Source: Camelus ferus
Taxonomy: Eukaryota
NCBI RefSeq assembly: GCF_009834535.1
Contig: NC_045696.1
Location: 124,001 to 188,000, forward strand
Direction: 5' to 3'
Length of the DNA stretch: 64,000 nt
Each line of letters opens with the position of its first letter. The stretch's first letter is position 1. This document shows, piece after piece, positions 28,101-38,667 of this stretch. The notes under the pieces are model-generated. The model did not search any database. It was not told where the DNA came from and was given only the letters and a program-made list of their open reading frames with translations. The translations under genes and the position numbers were made by a program.

Positions 28101-28816
28101 ACAAGTAGTTTACATGTTTCAATCAACGTGAAATTCCACATTCCGAACTGGTACATACATCACAGGAATAAAAAAAGATTCTTTAATATGTTGTGAAAAT
28201 GTTGATTCTGAACTTTCTTCCAACATAAAGGCATCTTTACACCTACAATATTTTCTCTCATTTCGCATTTATCCAAACTCACATTCGAGAATCAAGCATT
28301 TTCGCTGAAAATTCTATTCTACCTATTCTACCCAATAGAATTCTAATTTCAAGTTCCCTTACCGTGAAATTCTGTTTTCGAACGCGCTACATGAATCACG
28401 GTTTAAAATATTACTACACTCTGTTAACGTGTGGATTACCGGACTTTCATCCACCAATCAAGTCAATTGACACTTAGAAGCATTTTCTCATATTTCGAAG
28501 ATTTTTCCTAATGCCAGATTTGAAAATGAAGGCAGATTTTGCAGAAAAATGCTCTTGGAGCGGTTCTAACCCATAGACAGGTAATTGTACATAGAGTGCT
28601 CATCATGACATTTTGTGTTCCGACACATTTCATGTATCTCGGATTCGACAAATATTCACTACGAGATGTTTACATTTGGATTACTAATCTTACATCCACC
28701 ATACCAGGCATATTTACACCTACAAGTTTTACTCTCATTAGCAGTTTTAGTCCAACGTCAAATTCGAAAATCATGCATTTCAACAGAAAATTCTATTCAA
28801 GCTAGATCTACCCAAT
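4168..28816. repeat. AT-rich satellite array, ~247-bp monomer, 15-monomer (~3.70 kb) HOR with 3- and 5-monomer variants (~100 monomers)
   Basis: GAGTTCTACCCAATAG-like motif recurs every ~247 bp (4251, 4499, 4745, ~4993, 5238, 5484, 5734, ~5980, ~6227, 6474, 6722, 6970, 7215, 7460, 7708, 7955). Near-identical sequence recurs at 3698-3704 bp (4168->7871, 13439->17142, 22817->26515), while neighbouring monomers are much more diverged. Confidence 0.97.
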
Positions 28817-28916
28817 NNNNNNNNNNNNNNNNNNNNNNNNNNNNNNNNNNNNNNNNNNNNNNNNNNNNNNNNNNNNNNNNNNNNNNNNNNNNNNNNNNNN
28901 NNNNNNNNNNNNNNNN
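28817..28916. other. Assembly gap (100 N)
   Basis: Exactly 100 N. Confidence 0.99.
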
Positions 28917-29402
28917 GTTGCGTGCTCGTGGGGATCTGTCTATTTATGTATCTGTATCTAAAGGGTGAGGAGGCTACTGTATCTGTCTATCAGTCTATGT
29001 ATGTATCTGATGGAGGAAGAGTAGGCTAGTATGTCTGTCTGGCTGTCTATTATCAGATATGTATGTATGTACCTATACCTAATGGAAAAAAATGAGGAGG
29101 CTTGATTATCTATCCCTCGGTCTGTCAGAGGAGGAGCAGACTAGTGTTTGTCTCTCTGTGTGTCTTGGAGTTTCTCTATGTATATCTAATAGAGAAGAAG
29201 GAGAATATCTATGTTCTGGCTATCTGTCTGTCTCTCTAACAGGAGAAGGTACAGGCTAGTGTGTGAATCCGTCAGTCTCACTTTCCATCTATCTAAAGGA
29301 GGAGTAGAAAGAGTCTATTCCGTTTGTCTATTTATTATCTAATGGAGAAGGCGACTAGTGTGTCTCTCTACCTACTTAATTGAGGATTGGGAGGAGGCAA
29401 GG

Positions 29403-29445
<43 letters not shown>

Positions 29446-29574
29446 TGTCTATGTATGTATCTGTCTACCTATATAATGGATGAGGAGGAGGAGGTTAGGA
29501 TATATGGGTGTTTCTCATTGGATGAAGAGGCTAGTGTGTCTGTCTGTCTATATATTTGTCTCTCTCTGTAATGG

Positions 29575-30455
29575 AGGAAGCCTCCCTTTATTAGACCCAG
29601 CTGGAGGGATGCCAATTCCCACCCTGAAGCAGCAGAGGGTGCCCTCATTGCACGCCGAGGGGGACACTGGATGGAAATCCACAGGCTTCCCTGGACAGCC
29701 CGTGCATCCCTCTTCCTCCCTCTCTGTAGGCGCCACCGCCACTCCACCCCCCTCCCCGCCCCCTGACCAGCCCGCACTTGCCTCCCGGGAGCCGGAAAAC
29801 ACCCAGATGTGTACCTCGTGTACCTAGGGTAGCAGAGACCAACCCTAGGACCGGTCAACGGGGAGATCTGAGCAAATACACGGGCTCGGTGGAGCAGCCC
29901 CGCCTCCTCAATGCAGCCCCTAAGAACACCGCGCCTGCCTCCGGGACACAGGCTGAGCTGGAAACATGCATATTGGGAACCTGGGGAAGGAGAGGCCGCC
30001 CCCAGGCCAGGCGCTTGTGGAGATGGGAGCGAACTGATCGGCTCACCCGAGGCAGTCCTCTCGAAGCGACATCCCTGTCCCCTGAACACACCTCGACAGC
30101 TTCCTAGGACCTGGCTGACAAGGACAACTCAATCCCGCACACCTGGGGTAGCAGAGGCCGCCCCGAGGCCAGGAGAGGGGGCGATGGGAGGAAATTGATC
30201 GATTCGCCGAGGCATCCACCTTAGAAGCTCTGCCGCTTCCGTAGCTGCCGCTGACCTCTTCCAATTTCCTTACCACGCCTGCTGCCCCGAGCAGGCTAAC
30301 TTCAAAGCTTCAGTCCGTCGAATTTGGGGGAGCGGAGGTCGCCCCCAGGCAAGGCAGCTAGGGACGTGGGATAAAATCCTATGTCTCGCCAGTGGCACAC
30401 ATGTCCCCGGTCGCCGCCGCTGAAGCCCGTCCCCAGACTGCACCCCGCCTCTCGA
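29575..30455. promoter_or_regulatory. CpG-rich block of macrosatellite subunit A with five 27-bp motif copies (repeated in each unit)
   Basis: High GC/CpG. CCTGGGGTAGCAGAGGCCGCCCCCAGG-like 27-mers at 29623, 29823, 29980, 30142, 30323; GC-box/C-tract at ~29746-29763. Regulatory role is inferred only. Confidence 0.5.
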
Positions 30456-31475
30456 GTGTCAGTCTGTCTGACTGCCTTGCTGATTGCCTATCTATTGGAG
30501 GATGCGAGAGGCTAGACTATGTATGGGTCTGCCTGTATATCTACTGGAGGAGGAGGCGAATATTATGTCTCTCCATTTGCCTGCCTCTCTATCTATCTAT
30601 CTCTCTATCTATCTGTCTGTCTATCAGTCTATGTAAAAATCGACCTATGTAGTGCAGGCACAGCAGTAGGCAAGTGTGTCTTTTGATTTGTGTGTCTGTT
30701 GGAGGAGAAAGTTAGTGTTTCTATCTCCCTATCTACCTATTTTAGGAAGAGGAGGATGCAAGCGTGTGTGTGTGTGTGTGTGCGTGCGGGTCTCTTTATC
30801 AAAGTATGTGTAACTGAAAGGGGAAGGGCCTACTGTGTCTGTCTAACAGTCTATGTGTGCATCTAATGGAGGAGGAGTAAGCTAGTAAGTCTCTCTGTCT
30901 ATATATGAGCTATCTATCTATGCAGCTGTATGTATTCGAGAAGAAGGAGGAGGCTAGAGTGTCTATCTGTCTTTCGGCCAGAGCAGGAGAAGAGTAGTGT
31001 GTCTGTCTGTCTGTGTGTCTGTGAGTGTGTCTCTATCTATATCAAATGGAGAAGAAGAAATATTCCCATGTGTCTGGCTATCTCTCAGTATCTCTAACAG
31101 GAGAAGGTAGTGGCTACTGTGTGTATCGGTCAATCTCACTTTCCATCTATCTAATGGAGGAGGAGAAAGAATGTATTAAGTTTGTCTATCTATTATCTAA
31201 TGGAGGAGGAGATTAGTGTGTCTCTCTACCTACTTAATTCAGGAGTTAGAGGAGGCTAGGTGTGTGTGTTTGTGTGTGTGCGTGTGTCTGCCTATGTATG
31301 TATCTGTCTACCTATATAATGGATGAGGAGGAGGAAGTTAGGATATACGGCTGTTTCTCAATGGATGAAGAGGCTAGTGTGTCTGTCTGTCTCTTTATTT
31401 GTCTCTCTGTCTATCTAAAGGAGGAAGCCTCCCAGTATTCGACCCACCTGGAGGGATGCCAATTGCCACCCTGAA

Positions 31476-31489
31476 GCAGCAGAGGGCGC
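31476..31489 (+). promoter_or_regulatory. Candidate CTCF site in macrosatellite subunit B (also 35149-35162)
   Basis: GCAGCAGAGGGCGC matches the CTCF core CCASYAGRKGGCRS at 13 of 14 positions. The subunit-A equivalent reads GCAGCAGAGGGTGC (weaker). Confidence 0.45.
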
Positions 31490-33079
31490 CCTCATTGCAG
31501 GCCCAGGGGAACACTGGATGGAAATCTGCAGGCTTGCCTGGGCAGCCCGTGCATCCCGCTTCAGCCCTCTCTGTAGCTGCCCCCGCCCCGCCCCCCCCCC
31601 GCCCCCTGACCACCCCGCACTCGCTTCCCGGGACCTGGAAAACACAGAGATGAGCACCTCGTGGACCTAGGGTAGTAGAGGCCTACCCCAGGACCAGCCA
31701 AGAGGGAGATCTGAACATATACACGGGCTCGGTGAGTCAGCCCCGACTTCTCAATGCAGACCCTGATCACACCGCGCCGGCCTCGGGTGGGCTGGCTGAG
31801 CTGGAAACTTGCATACTCTGAACCTGGCGCAGGAGAGGCCGCCCCCAGGCCAGGCGCTTGTGGAGATGGGAGCAAACTGATCGGCTCACCCGAGGCAGTC
31901 CGCTCCCCGCGACGTCCGTGTCCCTTGGGCTCACCTGGACAGCCTCCCAGGACCTGGCTGACAAGGAGAATTAATTGCCGCACACCTGGGGTAGCAGAGG
32001 CCGCCCCGAGGCCAGGAGAGGTGGGACGGTAGGAAAATGACCGACTCGCCGAGGCATCCCTCTTGCGTTCTGGGCTGCCTCCATATCTGCCGCTGACCAC
32101 TTCCCCTGTCCTTCCCTCGCCGGCTCCCAGGAGCAGGCTGACTTCAAAGGCTTTCGTCCGGCGAACTTGGGTTAGCGGAGGCCGCCCAGTGGCAAGGCAG
32201 CTAGGGACATGGGAGAAAATCCTCTGGTTCACCAGGGGCACCCTATTCCCCGGGCCCCGCCGCCGAACCACGTAGCCAGACGGCACCCCGCCTCTAGTGT
32301 GTCTGTCTGTTTGACTGCTTGCCTGACTGACTACCTATTGGAGGATGGTTGAAGCTAGTCTATGTGTGTGTCTGTCTGTTTCTCCAACGGAGGAAGAGGC
32401 GACTAGTGTGTCTCTCTATTTGCCTGCCTCTCTATCGATCTGGCTAGCTCTCTATCTATGTGGAGAGGCATAGCAGTAAGCTAGTGTGTCATTTACTTTT
32501 CTGTCTGTTGGAGTAGAATTTTAGTGTGTCTGTATAGCTATCTAGCTCTTTGAGGAAGAGGAGAAGGCTTGTGTGTGTGTGTTTGTGTGTGTGCGCGCGT
32601 GCTCGTGGGGATCTGTCTATTTATGTATCTGTATCTAAAGGGTGAGGAGGCTACTGTATCTGTCTATCAGTCTATGTATGTATCTGATGGAGGAAGAGTA
32701 GGCTAGTATGTCTGTCTGGCTGTCTATTATCAGATATGTATGTATGTACCTATACCTAATGGAAAAAAATGAGGAGGCTTGATTATCTATCCCTCGGTCT
32801 GTCAGAGGAGGAGCAGACTAGTGTTTGTCTCTCTGTGTGTCTTGGAGTTTCTCTATGTATATCTAATAGAGAAGAAGGAGAATATCTATGTTCTGGCTAT
32901 CTGTCTGTCTCTCTAACAGGAGAAGGTACAGGCTAGTGTGTGAATCCGTCAGTCTCACTTTCCATCTATCTAAAGGAGGAGTAGAAAGAGTCTATTCCGT
33001 TTGTCTATTTATTATCTAATGGAGAAGGCGACTAGTGTGTCTCTCTACCTACTTAATTGAGGATTGGGAGGAGGCAAGG

Positions 33080-33120
<41 letters not shown>

Positions 33121-36100
33121 TGTCTATGTATGTATCTGTCTACCTATATAATGGATGAGGAGGAGGAGGTTAGGATATATGGGTGTTTCTCATTGGATGA
33201 AGAGGCTAGTGTGTCTGTCTGTCTATATATTTGTCTCTCTCTGTAATGGAGGAAGCCTCCCTTTATTAGACCCAGCTGGAGGGATGCCAATTCCCACCCT
33301 GAAGCAGCAGAGGGTGCCCTCATTGCACGCCGAGGGGGACACTGGATGGAAATCCACAGGCTTCCCTGGACAGCCCGTGCATCCCTCTTCCTCCCTCTCT
33401 GTAGGCGCCACCGCCACTCCACCCCCCTCCCCGCCCCCTGACCAGCCCGCACTTGCCTCCCGGGAGCCGGAAAACACCCAGATGTGTACCTCGTGTACCT
33501 AGGGTAGCAGAGACCAACCCTAGGACCGGTCAACGGGGAGATCTGAGCAAATACACGGGCTCGGTGGAGCAGCCCCGCCTCCTCAATGCAGCCCCTAAGA
33601 ACACCGCGCCTGCCTCCGGGACACAGGCTGAGCTGGAAACATGCATATTGGGAACCTGGGGAAGGAGAGGCCGCCCCCAGGCCAGGCGCTTGTGGAGATG
33701 GGAGCGAACTGATCGGCTCACCCGAGGCAGTCCTCTCGAAGCGACATCCCTGTCCCCTGAACACACCTCGACAGCTTCCTAGGACCTGGCTGACAAGGAC
33801 AACTCAATCCCGCACACCTGGGGTAGCAGAGGCCGCCCCGAGGCCAGGAGAGGGGGCGATGGGAGGAAATTGATCGATTCGCCGAGGCATCCACCTTAGA
33901 AGCTCTGCCGCTTCCGTAGCTGCCGCTGACCTCTTCCAATTTCCTTACCACGCCTGCTGCCCCGAGCAGGCTAACTTCAAAGCTTCAGTCCGTCGAATTT
34001 GGGGGAGCGGAGGTCGCCCCCAGGCAAGGCAGCTAGGGACGTGGGATAAAATCCTATGTCTCGCCAGTGGCACACATGTCCCCGGTCGCCGCCGCTGAAG
34101 CCCGTCCCCAGACTGCACCCCGCCTCTCGAGTGTCAGTCTGTCTGACTGCCTTGCTGATTGCCTATCTATTGGAGGATGCGAGAGGCTAGACTATGTATG
34201 GGTCTGCCTGTATATCTACTGGAGGAGGAGGCGAATATTATGTCTCTCCATTTGCCTGCCTCTCTATCTATCTATCTCTCTATCTATCTGTCTGTCTATC
34301 AGTCTATGTAAAAATCGACCTATGTAGTGCAGGCACAGCAGTAGGCAAGTGTGTCTTTTGATTTGTGTGTCTGTTGGAGGAGAAAGTTAGTGTTTCTATC
34401 TCCCTATCTACCTATTTTAGGAAGAGGAGGATGCAAGCGTGTGTGTGTGTGTGTGCGTGCGGGTCTCTTTATCAAAGTATGTGTAACTGAAAGGGGAAGG
34501 GCCTACTGTGTCTGTCTAACAGTCTATGTGTGCATCTAATGGAGGAGGAGTAAGCTAGTAAGTCTCTCTGTCTATATATGAGCTATCTATCTATGCAGCT
34601 GTATGTATTCGAGAAGAAGGAGGAGGCTAGAGTGTCTATCTGTCTTTCGGCCAGAGCAGGAGAAGAGTAGTGTGTCTGTCTGTCTGTGTGTCTGTGAGTG
34701 TGTCTCTATCTATATCAAATGGAGAAGAAGAAATATTCCCATGTGTCTGGCTATCTCTCAGTATCTCTAACAGGAGAAGGTAGTGGCTACTGTGTGTATC
34801 GGTCAATCTCACTTTCCATCTATCTAATGGAGGAGGAGAAAGAATGTATTAAGTTTGTCTATCTATTATCTAATGGAGGAGGAGATTAGTGTGTCTCTCT
34901 ACCTACTTAATTCAGGAGTTAGAGGAGGCTAGGTGTGTGTGTTTGTGTGTGTGCGTGTGTCTGCCTATGTATGTATCTGTCTACCTATATAATGGATGAG
35001 GAGGAGGAAGTTAGGATATACGGCTGTTTCTCAATGGATGAAGAGGCTAGTGTGTCTGTCTGTCTCTTTATTTGTCTCTCTGTCTATCTAAAGGAGGAAG
35101 CCTCCCAGTATTCGACCCACCTGGAGGGATGCCAATTGCCACCCTGAAGCAGCAGAGGGCGCCCTCATTGCAGGCCCAGGGGAACACTGGATGGAAATCT
35201 GCAGGCTTGCCTGGGCAGCCCGTGCATCCCGCTTCAGCCCTCTCTGTAGCTGCCCCCGCCCCGCCCCCGCCCCGCCCCCTCCCCGCCCCCTGACCACCCC
35301 GCACTCGCTTCCCGGGACCTGGAAAACACAGAGATGAGCACCTCGTGGACCTAGGGTAGTAGAGGCCTACCCCAGGACCAGCCAAGAGGGAGATCTGAAC
35401 ATATACACGGGCTCGGTGAGTCAGCCCCGACTTCTCAATGCAGACCCTGATCACACCGCGCCGGCCTCGGGTGGGCTGGCTGAGCTGGAAACTTGCATAC
35501 TCTGAACCTGGCGCAGGAGAGGCCGCCCCCAGGCCAGGCGCTTGTGGAGATGGGAGCAAACTGATCGGCTCACCCGAGGCAGTCCGCTCCCCGCGACGTC
35601 CGTGTCCCTTGGGCTCACCTGGACAGCCTCCCAGGACCTGGCTGACAAGGAGAATTAATTGCCGCACACCTGGGGTAGCAGAGGCCGCCCCGAGGCCAGG
35701 AGAGGTGGGACGGTAGGAAAATGACCGACTCGCCGAGGCATCCCTCTTGCGTTCTGGGCTGCCTCCATATCTGCCGCTGACCACTTCCCCTGTCCTTCCC
35801 TCGCCGGCTCCCAGGAGCAGGCTGACTTCAAAGGCTTTCGTCCGGCGAACTTGGGTTAGCGGAGGCCGCCCAGTGGCAAGGCAGCTAGGGACATGGGAGA
35901 AAATCCTCTGGTTCACCAGGGGCACCCTATTCCCCGGGCCCCGCCGCCGAACCACGTAGCCAGACGGCACCCCGCCTCTAGTGTGTCTGTCTGTTTGACT
36001 GCTTGCCTGACTGACTACCTATTGGAGGATGGTTGAAGCTAGTCTATGTGTGTGTCTGTCTGTTTCTCCAACGGAGGAAGAGGCGACTAGTGTGTCTCTC

Positions 36101-36764
36101 TATTTGCCTGCCTCTCTATCGATCTGGCTAGCTCTCTATCTATGTGGAGAGGCATAGCAGTAAGCTAGTGTGTCATTTACTTTTCTGTCTGTTGGAGTAG
36201 AATTTTAGTGTGTCTGTATAGCTATCTAGCTCTTTGAGGAAGAGGAGAAGGCTTGTGTGTGTGTGTTTGTGTGTGTGCGCGCGTGCTCGTGGGGATCTGT
36301 CTATTTATGTATCTGTATCTAAAGGGTGAGGAGGCTACTGTATCTGTCTATCAGTCTATGTATGTATCTGATGGAGGAAGAGTAGGCTAGTATGTCTGTC
36401 TGGCTGTCTATTATCAGATATGTATGTATGTACCTATACCTAATGGAAAAAAATGAGGAGGCTTGATTATCTATCCCTCGGTCTGTCAGAGGAGGAGCAG
36501 ACTAGTGTTTGTCTCTCTGTGTGTCTTGGAGTTCTCTCTATGTATATCTAATAGAGAAGAAGGAGAATATCTATGTTCTGGCTATCTGTCTGTCTCTCTA
36601 ACAGGAGAAGGTACAGGCTAGTGTGTGAATCCGTCAGTCTCACTTTCCATCTATCTAAAGGAGGAGTAGAAAGAGTCTATTCCGTTTGTCTATTTATTAT
36701 CTAATGGAGAAGGCGACTAGTGTGTCTCTCTACCTACTTAATTGAGGATTGGGAGGAGGCAAGG

Positions 36765-36809
<45 letters not shown>

Positions 36810-38567
36810 TGTCTATGTATGTATCTGTCTACCTATATAATGGATGAGGAGGAGGAGGTTAGGATATATGGGTGTTTCTCATTGGATGAAGAGGCTAGTG
36901 TGTCTGTCTGTCTATATATTTGTCTCTCTCTGTAATGGAGGAAGCCTCCCTTTATTAGACCCAGCTGGAGGGATGCCAATTCCCACCCTGAAGCAGCAGA
37001 GGGTGCCCTCATTGCACGCCGAGGGGGACACTGGATGGAAATCCACAGGCTTCCCTGGACAGCCCGTGCATCCCTCTTCCTCCCTCTCTGTAGGCGCCAC
37101 CGCCACTCCACCCCCCTCCCCGCCCCCTGACCAGCCCGCACTTGCCTCCCGGGAGCCGGAAAACACCCAGATGTGTACCTCGTGTACCTAGGGTAGCAGA
37201 GACCAACCCTAGGACCGGTCAACGGGGAGATCTGAGCAAATACACGGGCTCGGTGGAGCAGCCCCGCCTCCTCAATGCAGCCCCTAAGAACACCGCGCCT
37301 GCCTCCGGGACACAGGCTGAGCTGGAAACATGCATATTGGGAACCTGGGGAAGGAGAGGCCGCCCCCAGGCCAGGCGCTTGTGGAGATGGGAGCGAACTG
37401 ATCGGCTCACCCGAGGCAGTCCTCTCGAAGCGACATCCCTGTCCCCTGAACACACCTCGACAGCTTCCTAGGACCTGGCTGACAAGGACAACTCAATCCC
37501 GCACACCTGGGGTAGCAGAGGCCGCCCCGAGGCCAGGAGAGGGGGCGATGGGAGGAAATTGATCGATTCGCCGAGGCATCCACCTTAGAAGCTCTGCCGC
37601 TTCCGTAGCTGCCGCTGACCTCTTCCAATTTCCTTACCACGCCTGCTGCCCCGAGCAGGCTAACTTCAAAGCTTCAGTCCGTCGAATTTGGGGGAGCGGA
37701 GGTCGCCCCCAGGCAAGGCAGCTAGGGACGTGGGATAAAATCCTATGTCTCGCCAGTGGCACACATGTCCCCGGTCGCCGCCGCTGAAGCCCGTCCCCAG
37801 ACTGCACCCCGCCTCTCGAGTGTCAGTCTGTCTGACTGCCTTGCTGATTGCCTATCTATTGGAGGATGCGAGAGGCTAGACTATGTATGGGTCTGCCTGT
37901 ATATCTACTGGAGGAGGAGGCGAATATTATGTCTCTCCATTTGCCTGCCTCTCTATCTATCTATCTCTCTATCTATCTGTCTGTCTATCAGTCTATGTAA
38001 AAATCGACCTATGTAGTGCAGGCACAGCAGTAGGCAAGTGTGTCTTTTGATTTGTGTGTCTGTTGGAGGAGAAAGTTAGTGTTTCTATCTCCCTATCTAC
38101 CTATTTTAGGAAGAGGAGGATGCAAGCGTGTGTGTGTGTGTGTGCGTGCGGGTCTCTTTATCAAAGTATGTGTAACTGAAAGGGGAAGGGCCTACTGTGT
38201 CTGTCTAACAGTCTATGTGTGCATCTAATGGAGGAGGAGTAAGCTAGTAAGTCTCTCTGTCTATATATGAGCTATCTATCTATGCAGCTGTATGTATTCG
38301 AGAAGAAGGAGGAGGCTAGAGTGTCTATCTGTCTTTCGGCCAGAGCAGGAGAAGAGTAGTGTGTCTGTCTGTCTGTGTGTCTGTGAGTGTGTCTCTATCT
38401 ATATCAAATGGAGAAGAAGAAATATTCCCATGTGTCTGGCTATCTCTCAGTATCTCTAACAGGAGAAGGTAGTGGCTACTGTGTGTATCGGTCAATCTCA
38501 CTTTCCATCTATCTAATGGAGGAGGAGAAAGAATGTATTAAGTTTGTCTATCTATTATCTAATGGAG

Positions 38568-38667
38568 NNNNNNNNNNNNNNNNNNNNNNNNNNNNNNNNN
38601 NNNNNNNNNNNNNNNNNNNNNNNNNNNNNNNNNNNNNNNNNNNNNNNNNNNNNNNNNNNNNNNNNNN
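38568..38667. other. Assembly gap (100 N)
   Basis: Exactly 100 N. Confidence 0.99.

Larger units (their letters stand above)
28917..38567. repeat. GC-rich macrosatellite, ~3.68-kb unit (2.6 copies), each unit a dimer of diverged ~1.84-kb subunits A and B
   Basis: Identical ORF translations recur at 29480/33155/36844 (periods 3675 and 3689 bp). GGAGGAAGCCTCCC anchor at 29573 (A), 31420 (B), 33248 (A), giving subunit spacings of 1847 and 1828 bp. Unit-to-unit differences are mainly (TG)n and C-tract lengths. Confidence 0.97.

Noticed and set aside
4168..28816. Repeated 60-115 aa ORFs in the satellite; CRISPR-like periodicity
   Set aside because: ORFs recur only because the HOR recurs and are broken by indels between copies. 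Whole monomers repeat with no unique spacers or cas genes, and the DNA is mammalian.
4168..28816. CENP-B box
   Set aside because: TTCG/CGAA and CCG motifs are frequent (e.g. TTCCGTGTTCCGAA), but I did not find the required TTCG-N4-A-N2-CGGG spacing by eye. A pattern scan on both strands would confirm this.
27340..28816. Apparently diverged satellite edge
   Set aside because: Excess scattered 1-2 bp indels right before the gap look like unpolished long-read error at a contig end rather than an old satellite layer.
35068..35970. 300-aa minus-strand ORF in macrosatellite subunit B (a D4Z4/DUX-style embedded gene?)
   Set aside because: GTG start, no homeodomain or other recognisable domain, GC-driven Arg/Gly/Pro/Ala composition. 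The frame differs in unit 1 (241 aa) and is not preserved in subunit A.
28917..38567. Tandem 5S rRNA, U2 or tRNA gene array
   Set aside because: No 5S, U2, U1 or tRNA sequence recognised on either strand of the unit.
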